From NCBI GenBank assembly GCA_963816145.1, contig CAWFJP010000018.1, positions 128,001 through 192,000 on the forward strand: a stretch of 64,000 nt of DNA. Reading direction: 5' to 3'. The translations under genes and the position numbers were made by a program. This document shows positions 52,517 through 63,054 of the stretch, piece by piece. The notes beneath the pieces are model-generated. The model was not told the origin of the DNA and ran no database searches. It worked only from the letters and a program-made list of their open reading frames with translations. Origin of the DNA: an uncultured delta proteobacterium. GTDB lineage: Bacteria; Desulfobacterota; Binatia; UBA9968. Every line of letters begins with the position of its first letter. Positions within the stretch are counted from its first letter, which is position 1.

Positions 52517-53839
52517 CTAGGCAAACACGAGTTTGCCGTCCTTATCACGGATCAATCCAGCGCCGTTGCGCGATGACGGCATATTGTCTGCGCCTATCTT
52601 GAGATCGTTAACATGGACATGGCCATGAAACGTATCGACTTCAAGCATTGGTTTCACTTCGCGCCAGACCGCCTTGGGATCGCGGCCCTCGGCAACGTCG
52701 GCCATCGCCTTATGCCAGATGCGCCGGAGCATGATCACGCCGCGGTCCGAGGTCGCCAGATGCTCCCGGCGGCGATCGGGGATCTCTCCTTGCGATTCCT
52801 GCAACACCAAGTCTTCGAGCGCGGGAATGCCCTCCCAACCTTTATAGCGCCGCTTGTCGTAGGGCCTCTCTTCGGCCGTGCCCTTGAGATCCTTGGGCAA
52901 ACCGAACAGCCAGCCGCCGGTAAAATTGCCCTTGCGCGTCAGACTGTAGCGAATCAGCTCGAAGTGGGTATCGTCGATGATCCGAATCATGCCGCCGCCC
53001 TCTTGGCGCTCGTCGGTGAAGTCGGGCGGAAAACCCGAACGGATGCCGGAAAAGCGCCAGTGCACCGGCACCACCAGGCTCCAGGTATTGACGAACTTGA
53101 CCTGCGGCTCGCCGGTGTCGAGCACCGCGACGGTCTTCATGCCGAATTCGGTTTCGATATGCTCCAGCGGCAGCGGCGACCAATTTTTAATGCTGTAGTC
53201 GTTATAAGGCTTCAGCTCATCCGGAATGTCGCGAACGACTAAACCATGGAGGACGGTCGCATGGCCCATGTCGGCGAAATTTTCCATCCAGTTGAGATAG
53301 TTATAATTCCGGATATCGCCATCGGCGAGCTTGACGACCCCGTCGTCGCGCGCCAGCACGTCGATCTTCGGCAGCGGCGGCGGATTTTCTTTTTCCGGTC
53401 CCATGTAGGTCCAAATCACGCCGCCCCACTCTTCGACCGGATACCAGAGGTGGCGGATATTATCTTTGACTTTGCTATCGCAAGGCTCGAGCGGGGTATC
53501 GATGCAGCGTCCCTGGGTGTCATATTTCCAGCCGTGGTAAGAACACATCAGGCCGTCGTCGCACACTTGGCCATATTCCAGCGAAGCCAAACGATGGGGA
53601 CACCGGATGCCCAAAAGGCCAGGTCTGCCTTTACCATCGCGAAACACCACGAGTTCCTCGCTCAGCATGCGCACCGCTATGGGAATGTCTTTCAGGTTGG
53701 TCGACAAACAGACCGGGTGCCAATAACGCCGCAACATCTCACCGCCTCGGGTGCCCGGCCCAGTGCGCGGCAATTCGTCGAGCAATTGCTGGTAGGAACT
53801 CGGCGCCGTGGTACCGCGATCATTCCTGCTATCCGCCAT
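52517..53839 (-). CDS. Rieske non-heme iron oxygenase (phthalate 4,5-dioxygenase-like)
   Basis: CPHR...CSYHGW, ENFADMGH...H, EHLATSDRG. Confidence 0.9.
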   Translation of the reverse strand: MADSRNDRGTTAPSSYQQLLDELPRTGPGTRGGEMLRRYWHPVCLSTNLKDIPIAVRMLSEELVVFRDGKGRPGLLGIRCPHRLASLEYGQVCDDGLMCSYHGWKYDTQGRCIDTPLEPCDSKVKDNIRHLWYPVEEWGGVIWTYMGPEKENPPPLPKIDVLARDDGVVKLADGDIRNYNYLNWMENFADMGHATVLHGLVVRDIPDELKPYNDYSIKNWSPLPLEHIETEFGMKTVAVLDTGEPQVKFVNTWSLVVPVHWRFSGIRSGFPPDFTDERQEGGGMIRIIDDTHFELIRYSLTRKGNFTGGWLFGLPKDLKGTAEERPYDKRRYKGWEGIPALEDLVLQESQGEIPDRRREHLATSDRGVIMLRRIWHKAMADVAEGRDPKAVWREVKPMLEVDTFHGHVHVNDLKIGADNMPSSRNGAGLIRDKDGKLVFA

Positions 53840-53978
53840 TTTCGCCCCCTTCGCCGTGCCTAAATCTTGCGTTTGGTTCGAAAGAAAATCTATAAACACA
53901 GATCATTTGCTGTCAACAATTACCTGAGTGTATTAAGTTCACCGAATAGACTCAATCCGATCGTAAGGAAAGACCCGG

Positions 53979-54995
53979 ATGATCCAAGCGACCAAATCAT
54001 CGATCAATACGCTGCTGCTCATCTTGCTGTTAACCACCCAGGCCAATGCCGGCCCCACCGCGGATAGCGCGCTCAAGAAGGGCTTCATTCAGTGCGGCGT
54101 GAACACTGGTCTGGCCGGTTTCGCCCAACCCGATAGCGCCGGCCAGTGGCGCGGCATCGACGTCGACTTCTGTCGAGCCGTCGCCGCAGCTCTCTTCGGC
54201 GAGACCAAGAAAAATCGCTACACCCCGCTTACGGCCCAGCAGCGCTTCACCGCCTTACAATCCGGCGAAGTCGACATCCTGTCGCGCAACACCACCTGGA
54301 CCTTCGCCCGCGACGCCGGCCTCGGTCTTAATTTCGTCGGGGTGAACTTTTACGACGGCCAGGGCTTCATGGTGACGAAAAAACGCCACGTGAAGAGCGC
54401 CAAGCAACTGGACGGCGCCGCCATTTGTGTCCAGCCAGGGACCACGACCGAGCTCAACCTAGCTGATTACTTTCGCGCCAACAACATGAAGTTCAAACCG
54501 GTGGTCATCGAAAAACTAGAAGAAGTATTAAATGCCTACTTCGCCGGCCGCTGCGATGTCTACACCACCGATGTTTCAGGGTTGATCGCCGCGCGCGCCT
54601 CCCGGGCAGCGAACTCGGGAGATCATATTATCTTACCCGAAGTTATCTCCAAAGAACCCTTTGGCCCGGTGGTGCGCCATGGCGACGACCATTGGTTCGA
54701 CATCGTCCGGTGGACCCTGTTCGCCATGATCGAAGCCGAAGAGCTGGGAATCACCTCGAAGAATATCGACCAGCAAGCGCAAAGCAGCAACCCGGTAATC
54801 CAACGCTTTCTTGGGACTAAAGGCGACTTCGGCAAGATGCTCAAACTGGACAACCGCTGGGCTTTCAATATTATCAAACAGGTCGGCAACTACGGCGAAA
54901 GTTTCGACCGCAATCTAACCCCGTTGGGTCTCGACCGCGGCATGAACCGGCTATGGAACAAAGGCGGCCTCATGTACGCGCCGCCGCTGCGTTAG
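53979..54995 (+). CDS. aapJ: General L-amino acid ABC substrate-binding protein (AapJ/BztA-like)
   Basis: RFTALQSGEVDILSRNTTWT, YDGQGF, ISKEPFGP, VGNYGE, YAPPLR. Confidence 0.9.
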   Translation: MIQATKSSINTLLLILLLTTQANAGPTADSALKKGFIQCGVNTGLAGFAQPDSAGQWRGIDVDFCRAVAAALFGETKKNRYTPLTAQQRFTALQSGEVDILSRNTTWTFARDAGLGLNFVGVNFYDGQGFMVTKKRHVKSAKQLDGAAICVQPGTTTELNLADYFRANNMKFKPVVIEKLEEVLNAYFAGRCDVYTTDVSGLIAARASRAANSGDHIILPEVISKEPFGPVVRHGDDHWFDIVRWTLFAMIEAEELGITSKNIDQQAQSSNPVIQRFLGTKGDFGKMLKLDNRWAFNIIKQVGNYGESFDRNLTPLGLDRGMNRLWNKGGLMYAPPLR

Positions 54996-55031
54996 ACTCA
55001 GTGAGCGCCACTGAGAAATCCGCAATTCCCG

Positions 55032-56018
55032 ATGGTCCGGCAACTCGACATCCGCCAGCGCGCTGCGCTTTATCAAATTTTCCTGTTGGCCGGCGTCTGC
55101 CTTGCCGGCTGGTATTTCATCGCCAATGCGGTGGACAACTTGCTGGCGCGCCGCATCGCCAGCGGCTTTGGCTTTCTCTGGCGCGAGGCCGGCTTCGAAA
55201 TCGGCGAGAGCACGCTACTCTCCTTCAGCGCCGCCGATAGTTATTTTAAAGCGCTCACCGTCGGACTGCTCAACACGTTCCGAGTCGCGCTATTGGCCGT
55301 AGTGTTCTCGACCGTCATCGGTGTCGCCGTCGGGCTAGCCCGCTTGTCGCCCAACTGGTTGTTGACCAAACTCGCCTCAACGTATGTCGAACTGCTGCGC
55401 AATATTCCGTTGGTCGTGCAGCTGTTCTTTTGGTACGCCGTGATCACCGAAAGCTTTCCCGCGCCGGCCCAGGCCTTGAATCCGCTGCCGGGATTTTATT
55501 TGAGTAACCGCGGCCTCGCCGTGCCGACGATCTCCACGTTGCTGCCGCTCGCGATCGACTATCCTGCGTTTAGCGGCTTTAATTTTTCCGGCGGTGTAGC
55601 GCTGTCGCCGGAATTTACCGCGCTCTTTCTCGGCCTTGCCCTTTACACCGCAGCATTCATCGGCGAAATCGTCCGCGCCGGCATCCTCGCCGTCGACCGC
55701 GGCCAATACGAAGCGGCACAGTCGCAAGGATTGAGCCCAGCTCAGCTCATGCGCTTGATCATTTTGCCGCAAGCTTTGCGCCTGGTCGTGCCGCCGGTAA
55801 CCAGCCAATACTTGAACTGCATCAAGAATAGCTCCCTGGCTGTCGCCATCGGCTATCCCGACCTGGTGTCCATTGCCAACACCACCATCAACCAGACCGG
55901 CCAAGCCATCGAAGGTATCGCGGTGATCATGCTGGTCTATCTGACCATCAGCCTGGCGATATCCGCGTTGATGAATCGCTACAACCGGCGTTTCGCCTGG
56001 CGCGGAGGCAAAACGTGA
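55032..56018 (+). CDS. aapQ: Amino acid ABC permease (AapQ-like)
   Basis: ASGFGFL, RNIPL, KNSSLAVAIGYPDL. Confidence 0.88.
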   Translation: MVRQLDIRQRAALYQIFLLAGVCLAGWYFIANAVDNLLARRIASGFGFLWREAGFEIGESTLLSFSAADSYFKALTVGLLNTFRVALLAVVFSTVIGVAVGLARLSPNWLLTKLASTYVELLRNIPLVVQLFFWYAVITESFPAPAQALNPLPGFYLSNRGLAVPTISTLLPLAIDYPAFSGFNFSGGVALSPEFTALFLGLALYTAAFIGEIVRAGILAVDRGQYEAAQSQGLSPAQLMRLIILPQALRLVVPPVTSQYLNCIKNSSLAVAIGYPDLVSIANTTINQTGQAIEGIAVIMLVYLTISLAISALMNRYNRRFAWRGGKT

Positions 56019-57103
56019 ACTTGACCAACGGGCGCGGTGCTTCGGGTTGCCAGTGGGCGCGCAGCCGACTGTTTGGCAGTTGGCCGAGCTCGCTGGCAAC
56101 CTTGGCGATCGTCTATTTAGCGGCAAGATGGTTGCCGCCGTTGCTTAACTGGGCATTGCTCCGCGCCGTGTGGTCGCCGGACCGCGCCGCTGCCTGTCGC
56201 GATAGTCAGGGTGCTTGCTGGGCCTTTGTCGCCGACAAATTTCGCTTTATTCTGTTTGCCACCTTCCCTGCCGACCAGCACTGGCGGCCGGCTTTAGTGA
56301 TCGCCATCCTGCTCGCGCTCTACGGTGTGAGTGGCTTTCAGCTGGTGCGCCGGCTAAGACTGCTCTGCCTCTGGCTCGGCGGGCTTGCTTTAATTGGCCT
56401 GCTCATGTGGGGCGGGATTTTTGGTTTGACCTACGTCGAGAACGAACGCTGGGGCGGACTGACGCTGACGCTTCTGCTCAGCACCTTTGGCATAGCTCTG
56501 GCGTTCCCCCTATCGATCCTATTGGCCCTCGGGCGGCGCTCCGAGATGCCGCTCCTACGTTGGTTCTCGATTGGTTATATCGAATTGATTCGCGGTGTGC
56601 CGCTGATCTCGGTGCTGTTCATGGCCTCGGTGATGCTGCCCTTATTTCTGCCGCAGGGAGTTTCTATCGACAAGCTGCTGCGCGCGCAATTGGCAATGAT
56701 TCTGTTCGCCGCAGCCTATCTGGCGGAAGTCATCCGCGGCGGCCTGCAAGCGATCCCGCCGCAGCAAGAAGAGGCCGCCCTCGCCACTGGCCTGAGCTAC
56801 TGGCAACGCGTCTGTTACGTCACCCTGCCGCAAGCCTTGCGCGTCGCCATTCCGCCCTTGGTCAATACCTTTATCGGCTTTTTCAAGGACACTTCATTGG
56901 TCGTCATCATCGGCCTGTTCGATTTTTTCACCACCATCAAGGTCTCTCTCAATGAGCCGGCCTGGAGCGGCTTCGGCATCGAGGCCTACCTGTTCGCCGC
57001 CCTTGGTTATTTTGCCTTCTGTTATCCCATGTCGCGCTATAGCCAGGCGCTTGAGCGCCAAACCGCCCATGGCACCGGCTTGAGCGCGCTACGAGAAAAT
57101 TAG
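56015..57103 (+). CDS. aapM: Amino acid ABC permease (AapM-like)
   Basis: GACW, WGGL, RGVPLISVLF, FKDTSL. Confidence 0.88.
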   Translation: MNLTNGRGASGCQWARSRLFGSWPSSLATLAIVYLAARWLPPLLNWALLRAVWSPDRAAACRDSQGACWAFVADKFRFILFATFPADQHWRPALVIAILLALYGVSGFQLVRRLRLLCLWLGGLALIGLLMWGGIFGLTYVENERWGGLTLTLLLSTFGIALAFPLSILLALGRRSEMPLLRWFSIGYIELIRGVPLISVLFMASVMLPLFLPQGVSIDKLLRAQLAMILFAAAYLAEVIRGGLQAIPPQQEEAALATGLSYWQRVCYVTLPQALRVAIPPLVNTFIGFFKDTSLVVIIGLFDFFTTIKVSLNEPAWSGFGIEAYLFAALGYFAFCYPMSRYSQALERQTAHGTGLSALREN

Positions 57104-57168
57104 CCGCGCCGGTTTGGGCTGGGCAAGCGGCATGTGCTAAAATTCACTTCATCCACTCGACAGCGAAG

Positions 57169-57915
57169 ATGAGGAAACTGTTAGTCTGCCAGCATGTGCC
57201 GCACGAAATCCTCGGCACCCTCAACCCGATGCTCAAGCGCGCCGGCTTTCGTATCCGCTACGTTAATTTTGGCCGCCATCCCGACGCCGAACCAACCCTG
57301 GACGGCTACGATGGCCTGGTCGTACTGGGCGGACCCATGTCGGCCTACGACGACCATCGGCTGCCCCACTTGGCGGTTGAGATGAGACTGATCGAAAGCG
57401 CCATGCAACGGAATTTGCCGGTCCTGGGCATCTGCCTCGGCGCCCAGTTGGTGGCCCGCACCCTCGGTGCGCGGGTCTATGCCAACCACATCAAAGAGAT
57501 CGGCTGGTACCATGTCGCGCCGTCGGACCATGCCGCACAAGACCCGCTGTTCGATGAGTTCGGCGAATCCGAAACGCTCTTTCAATGGCATGGCGACACC
57601 TTCGAGATTCCCAATGGAGCGATCCATCTGGCCTGGTCGCGCCACTGTGTGAATCAAGCGTTTCGTTACGGCAACAACGTTTACGCCTTTCAATTCCATC
57701 TCGAAGTCGACGAAGCGATGATCCTGCGTTGGCTCAAGGTGCCGGAGAACCGCCGCGAAATCGCCAGCCTGCATGGCGACATCGACCCGGACCAGATTCA
57801 CCTCCAGAGCGGCCACCACATCGGCCGGCTCCATGAGCTGAGCGACCGCGTATTCGGCGAGTTCATCGAGCTGTTCGGTCTGGACAAAAGCCGTCGCCGT
57901 TTGGTTTCGAGGTAG
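57169..57915 (+). CDS. Type 1 glutamine amidotransferase-like protein
   Basis: LGGPM, GICLGAQL, WHGD, QFHLE. Confidence 0.92.
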   Translation: MRKLLVCQHVPHEILGTLNPMLKRAGFRIRYVNFGRHPDAEPTLDGYDGLVVLGGPMSAYDDHRLPHLAVEMRLIESAMQRNLPVLGICLGAQLVARTLGARVYANHIKEIGWYHVAPSDHAAQDPLFDEFGESETLFQWHGDTFEIPNGAIHLAWSRHCVNQAFRYGNNVYAFQFHLEVDEAMILRWLKVPENRREIASLHGDIDPDQIHLQSGHHIGRLHELSDRVFGEFIELFGLDKSRRRLVSR

Positions 57916-58065
57916 TCGGCGATTCAACCGACGGTTGAACCGCAAGTGAACCATGGGATCAGAGTTTATGACAGATTTGAACGAATTGGCGTGAATTTGA
58001 CTTGAATGGATGGAAGACGTGAGAAGAAAAATTTTACCGTGAAAGTCAGCTCACGAACCTCCACG

Positions 58066-58197
58066 TCACGGCTCCGGCCGGTGCCTTCTAACTGCCACAA
58101 GGGATTTTCTTTGCTTTCGTAACGCCACCGTTGCGAAATAGGAACCGAGCGAGAGCACCGCAGCGAGCACCGACCGTTCAAACATGTGATAGAGCAT
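58066..58197 (-). CDS. Small protein (43 aa), hydrophobic N-half and basic tail
   Basis: MLYHMFERSVLAAVLSLGSYFATVALRKQRKSLVAVRRHRPEP*, with AGGAG shortly upstream of the ATG. Confidence 0.45.
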   Translation of the reverse strand: MLYHMFERSVLAAVLSLGSYFATVALRKQRKSLVAVRRHRPEP

Positions 58198-58400
58198 GGC
58201 AGTTTTACTCCTGATGCGATACACAGCAACACTGATGCCATGTGTCGAGGCGAGAAATAACGGCGGCTTAGTTGATCGCGGCGCTGGACTGAGTTGTGAC
58301 AGATGCGGCAAGACTGTCAGGAATGACTGCACCCATGGCAATTGTGATTGATCAAGCTGAAACGAAACGCTAACCGAAATAGACCCAGGAAATTCTTACA

Positions 58401-59528
58401 ATGACTCGAACATGGCCGAACCTATTCCTCGTACTGCTATTGAAGCTGACGCTGGTCGCGACCGGCTCAGCCGCCGAACCCAAGCCGGCGACCGGCCAAG
58501 AATGGGAAATTTTCGTTAAGAAAGCCGAGGAGGAGGGCGAGGTCGCCATTTATGCCACCGACTCCATCGGCCATGCTCAGACAATCTGGGCGGCATTCCA
58601 AAAACGCTACCCGAAAATCAAGCTGCTTGGCACCTCGGTCGGCCGGGGTAGCGACCTATTCCCCAAGCTTTTCAGCGAACGGCGCGCCGGCAAATATCTC
58701 GCCGATGTCTTTCTCGCCGGTCCGACCGCAGTCCATCTCAACCTCTATCCGGCCAAGGTCCTCGATCCCGTGCCGCCGGCACTGATCCATCCGAATGTCA
58801 CCGATCTATCTAAATGGTGGCAGGGCAAACACCACTACGTCGACCCCGAAGGCCAATACAACTTCATGTACGAAAGCGCACTCTACGGTCCGCCGCTTTC
58901 GTTCAATACCGGCATCGTCAATGAAAAGGAAATCAAATCAGCCTGGGATCTGGTTCAGCCGCAATGGAAGGGCAAGTACGCGGTGCTGCAGTTAAACGCG
59001 ACGCAGGGTTCCACCGCTTTGTCGTATGTCTATCACCATCCTCAACTGGGTGCGAAATTCATCGAGCGCATCTATCGCGATATGGAGCCAACCTTCTTCC
59101 GCGATTTGCGCCAGGGAACCGACTGGCTGTCGCAGGGGAAGTTCCCAATCTGCTTTCTCTGCCGGCGTATCGACCGCGCCCAGATGCAAGGACTGCCGGT
59201 CGCTGAGCTTGATCCTTACGCCATCAGCGAGCGGCCCGGCATCGGCTCTGGCTCAGGATCTATCGTCTTGATGAATCGCCACCCGCATGCCAACGCTGCC
59301 AAGGTTTTTATCAATTGGTTTTTGTCGCAGGAAGGCCAGACCGCCTTTCTGCAAGCCAACAAGGAGGAGCTACGCGTCGGCTCCATGCGCGAAGATTTGC
59401 CGCAAGAGATTTTGCCGCCCCTGGCGCGCCGGAGAAAAGATAAAGATTATCTTTTCATCAACAGACCGGAGTGGATGGATTTCAAACCGATCCAAGCCCT
59501 GCTCGATCAGTTGAAAAAGGGCAAATAG
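58401..59528 (+). CDS. ABC substrate-binding protein (iron/thiamine/polyamine-like)
   Basis: Signal peptide, ERRAGKYLADV, SAWDL..PQWKGK, PHANAAKVFINWFLSQEGQ. Confidence 0.88.
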   Translation: MTRTWPNLFLVLLLKLTLVATGSAAEPKPATGQEWEIFVKKAEEEGEVAIYATDSIGHAQTIWAAFQKRYPKIKLLGTSVGRGSDLFPKLFSERRAGKYLADVFLAGPTAVHLNLYPAKVLDPVPPALIHPNVTDLSKWWQGKHHYVDPEGQYNFMYESALYGPPLSFNTGIVNEKEIKSAWDLVQPQWKGKYAVLQLNATQGSTALSYVYHHPQLGAKFIERIYRDMEPTFFRDLRQGTDWLSQGKFPICFLCRRIDRAQMQGLPVAELDPYAISERPGIGSGSGSIVLMNRHPHANAAKVFINWFLSQEGQTAFLQANKEELRVGSMREDLPQEILPPLARRRKDKDYLFINRPEWMDFKPIQALLDQLKKGK

Positions 59529-59616
59529 ACAATCGCTTGCTTACCGACGGCGGTGAACAAGCCAAAGTCGATCGGTGTGCTAGCGAGTTAAAAAATCCGG
59601 GATGGAAATCGGCCGG

Positions 59617-59751
59617 CTACTTTGTCCCGACACGAAAGCTATGCACGGCTCTCCTGGTTCTCTTGGTTTTGCCCAGCATGCGCAGAATTACGATTGCTGC
59701 CAGCGGCACCAGCACCACCACTAACGCTAGTAAGATCATGTCGTTTAACAT
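59617..59751 (-). CDS. Small single-TM protein (44 aa)
   Basis: MLNDMILLALVVVLVPLAAIVILRMLGKTKRTRRAVHSFRVGTK*, GAGGAG RBS, followed by a ccgg hairpin and T-run. Confidence 0.6.
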   Translation of the reverse strand: MLNDMILLALVVVLVPLAAIVILRMLGKTKRTRRAVHSFRVGTK

Positions 59752-60000
59752 GTCGCGCTTCTCCTCTAGGGCTGCCTATCAGCAACCCGGAGGCCAGGCA
59801 GCAATGTAAACTTTTCAAACACTTAGCTTCAGTAAGAGTGTCGTTGACACTGTCAACGGTGGACAGAAATGACAAGAATGACAATCCAAGCGCGATCGTT
59901 TACCCGACGTGAGCGCTGACCACGGCAAAATATTTTAGCCACAGCGCAAAACGCCGGATATGAATTCTGAAGCAATGGAAACCGCCCATCTGGTGAAATT

Positions 60001-60420
60001 CTATTCGTCGCGCCCCGGCCGCACTGTCGACCTGCGGCCCTTCTTCTCCGACTGATGGCGCTTGTCGTCGAGCATGCGCATTTTGGCGCGGTGCGACCGC
60101 TTGCGTTTCTGCCGGCGGATCTTGTCGATGCGTTGCGCCTCGGCGCTGGCGGCACCGCGCTGCTCGGTGTCGATCTTATCGAGCAACAGTCGGCGCGCCA
60201 ACAAGCGATTGAGCGCCTGGGAGCGCTCCCGTTGGCATTTGACGCGGATTCCCGTGGGCCGGTGGTGCAGCACGACGCAAGACGACACTTTATTGACGTT
60301 CTGGCCGCCGGCTCCCGAGGATCGCACAAACTGCTCATCGATATCGGCCTCGCGCACGCCGAGAGCGAGCATGCGCGCGGCAAGCTGCTTCGCTTTGTCG
60401 GCAGAAATAAGCGTCGCCAT
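60001..60420 (-). CDS. Short GGQ peptidyl-tRNA hydrolase, release-factor-like (ribosome rescue)
   Basis: [30 protein letters not shown], basic C-terminal tail. Confidence 0.88.
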   Translation of the reverse strand: MATLISADKAKQLAARMLALGVREADIDEQFVRSSGAGGQNVNKVSSCVVLHHRPTGIRVKCQRERSQALNRLLARRLLLDKIDTEQRGAASAEAQRIDKIRRQKRKRSHRAKMRMLDDKRHQSEKKGRRSTVRPGRDE

Positions 60421-60441
60421 GGCTACTCAGAATTGACGATC

Positions 60442-61524
60442 CTATAGACCGTAAAGCGCCTTGGGATTGTCGAATAGAATTTTTCGCTTTACCTCTGGGC
60501 TTAATTCCGCCATCGCCTTGAAGCGCGCGATGGCATTAAGCTCGCTTGAGGTATCTCCATGGCCGTAGTCGGTGCCAATGACCAGATTCCCCTCGCCGGC
60601 GTAGGACAGGATGTATGGAAAATCGTCATCGGTCTGGGTCGACACATAAATATTATACTCGGCGAGACAATCGCGCGAGATCGGCCGGGCGCTGCCAAGC
60701 GAGCGGCGTATCGCCTCGTGAATCACCCAGGGCACCCATTGGCTCGACACCTCGATGAAACCCCAGCGGAGCCTGGGAAAGACTTGGGGAATCTCGCTCA
60801 TGATCAACGCATAGCAAGAGGTTACCGTCGGCACGCGAAAGGTCGAGAAACCGCCGCCGGCTTCGTTGGTCATGAGTTTGAAAAGTTCCGGGCTGCCGTT
60901 GCCCAGATGCACGGTGACCGGTATGTCGAGTCGCTGGGCCTCTTCGTAGATCGGATAGTAAAACGGATCGGTCATCATCCGGTCGCGTTCGAAAGGCCGC
61001 ATGCACACGCCGACCGCGCCGTGTTCTTTGGCGAAGCGGATCTGTGGCACGGCTTCTTCGGGTGACAATGCCGGGACGACGCAGGTCCAGCGCAAGCGGT
61101 CTTCGCCCAGCTTCCAAACATCCGCCAACCAGCGGTTCCACGCCCAGCTGAGCGCGATCTCGGCATCAGGCCGGCTGGTGAGCGGGGTGATCCACAGCGA
61201 GTTGAACAGCACCTGAACGTCGATGCCAAGCTCGTCCATATGCTGGAGCCGCTGGGTGACATTGGACAGCTCGCGCGCCGCTACCGGCGTGCCTACCTCC
61301 CGGCCAAACCGTTTGAGATGCGCTGCCGACTCTTGGTCATCGGGCGAGGGAAACTTACTGCCGAGATTTTCGCCATCAAGAACCCAAATTTGCCGTCTGG
61401 GATTTTCCGGCGACGGCATCAAGGTCGGACGAAATTTTTTCTCGCTGCCCTCAAGGTAATCCCACACCCGGTCGGTCTCCACCACATGGGCGTCAGCATC
61501 GATTACCGCAGTTTTGTAGTTCAT
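60442..61524 (-). CDS. Amidohydrolase family 2 protein
   Basis: IDADAHVVE, MDELGID, VTVH, GTDYGHGD, ILFDNPKALY. Confidence 0.9.
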   Translation of the reverse strand: MNYKTAVIDADAHVVETDRVWDYLEGSEKKFRPTLMPSPENPRRQIWVLDGENLGSKFPSPDDQESAAHLKRFGREVGTPVAARELSNVTQRLQHMDELGIDVQVLFNSLWITPLTSRPDAEIALSWAWNRWLADVWKLGEDRLRWTCVVPALSPEEAVPQIRFAKEHGAVGVCMRPFERDRMMTDPFYYPIYEEAQRLDIPVTVHLGNGSPELFKLMTNEAGGGFSTFRVPTVTSCYALIMSEIPQVFPRLRWGFIEVSSQWVPWVIHEAIRRSLGSARPISRDCLAEYNIYVSTQTDDDFPYILSYAGEGNLVIGTDYGHGDTSSELNAIARFKAMAELSPEVKRKILFDNPKALYGL

Positions 61525-61659
61525 CTGCACAACTCCCTTGATTAGCAATAATTACCCGACGGGAACTCGACTGTCCACTACGTACCGACAGCACAATTTA
61601 GTTGGTGGTTCCGTTTGGCAAATTCATTCTTTTCTTTGCCGACGCCCCTACTCACATCT

Positions 61660-61685
61660 GTCATTTCGAGCGCAGCGAGAAATCC
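61660..61685 (+). repeat. REP-like half element
   Basis: gtcatttcgagcgcagcgagaaatcc. Confidence 0.65.
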
Positions 61686-61843
61686 ACTCGACGCACGCCG
61701 GCAGGACTACCCTGAAACGGAACCATGACGAAAATTCCCCTAAGCTTGTCGTAATCCGCGCGCACACCGGCTATAACCATCCCTAACTCATCCCGCGGCG
61801 CTCAGTGCGAATCCTCGGCAGCGCGGATCGATGCGACACAACC

Positions 61844-62938
61844 ATGAACGAGTTCACCAACCTTCGTCAACAAATGCGCGGAATTCTCACCGCTCTGGTC
61901 ATCGGCGTCCCGGCCGGCTTTCTCTTCTCCTGGCTGCACACACCGATACCATGGATGCTCGGTCCGATGATCGCCGTGGCGAGCCTGAATCTCATGGGCG
62001 TGACCATGCATTCGCCGCCCTATGCACGCCAAGCAGGCCAAGTCATTTTGGGCTCGGCGGTGTCGCTTTACTTCACTCCCCCGGTGGTGGCAGCCCTCGC
62101 CGGCAATTTGCCGGCGGTGTTGGCGGCCACGGTCGCGGTATTTATTGTCGGCATCTTCGGCGCGCTGACTTTGAGCAAAGCGTCCGGTGTCGATTGGAAG
62201 TCAACCTTCTTTGCGTCGATCCCGGGTGGCGCTATGGCGATGGCCGTGCTCGCCGATCGCTACGGCGCGCAGATGTCGCCGGTGGCGGTGGCGCACAGCC
62301 TGCGGGTTTCGCTAGTCGTTATCATCGTTCCGTTGGTCCTGACCTACAGCGGTATTCCGTTGGAAGCGGCGGCCTACAAACCCAATCTACCGCTGGTTCC
62401 CGCGATCTTAGTGATCTGGCTGGTCGTCAGCGGTCTTCTGGGCGAACTCTCAGAACGGTGGCATTTTCACAATGGCTGCCTGCTCGTGCCGATATTTTTC
62501 GGCGCCGCGCTGACCATGGGCGGAGTCGAGTTGTCCGCCGTGCCGCACGTGCTCACCGACTTCGCCCAGCTCATGTTCGGTCTGGTTCTCGGCGCGCGTT
62601 ACGAACGGGCCTTCTTCGTACGCCACAAGTTGTTCATTCCCTTCGCGCTGCTCAACTCTTTCTTCATCTTGGTCGCCTCGGCGATCGCCGGCGCCGCCCT
62701 CGCCTGGGCTTTTGACCTACCAGTCGGAACCATGATACTTGCAACCTCCCCCGGCGGCTTGGCGGAGATGACAATTACCGCCCAGGCGCTCCATATCAGC
62801 GTACCGTTGGTCGTGGCGTTTCATTTATTTCGCGTGGTCGTCGTCAACATGGGCACGCAGCATATCTTCGTTGGGGTTTCGCGCTTGCTGGCACGCGCGC
62901 CGACGCCGGAAACATCGGCACCAGCGCCCGAACTCTAA
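61844..62938 (+). CDS. AbrB-family (AidB regulator-type) membrane protein
   Basis: PWMLGPM, duplicated PGG motifs, SPGGLAEM, AFHLFR. Confidence 0.88.
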   Translation: MNEFTNLRQQMRGILTALVIGVPAGFLFSWLHTPIPWMLGPMIAVASLNLMGVTMHSPPYARQAGQVILGSAVSLYFTPPVVAALAGNLPAVLAATVAVFIVGIFGALTLSKASGVDWKSTFFASIPGGAMAMAVLADRYGAQMSPVAVAHSLRVSLVVIIVPLVLTYSGIPLEAAAYKPNLPLVPAILVIWLVVSGLLGELSERWHFHNGCLLVPIFFGAALTMGGVELSAVPHVLTDFAQLMFGLVLGARYERAFFVRHKLFIPFALLNSFFILVASAIAGAALAWAFDLPVGTMILATSPGGLAEMTITAQALHISVPLVVAFHLFRVVVVNMGTQHIFVGVSRLLARAPTPETSAPAPEL

Positions 62939-63054
62939 GCGAATTAATCATTGCGCCATGGTTGGAAGAGTTCGCCGCCGAGGTTTCTCCTTGCCGAAAA
63001 CCCTGCGAGCGATGTATGATCGAGCTATCGTGTTTCCCGGGATAACTGCATTCA

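Noticed and set aside
61844-62938. Ammonia monooxygenase
   Set aside because: The motifs match the AbrB membrane family, which is often mislabelled this way; there are no amo/pmo subunits nearby.
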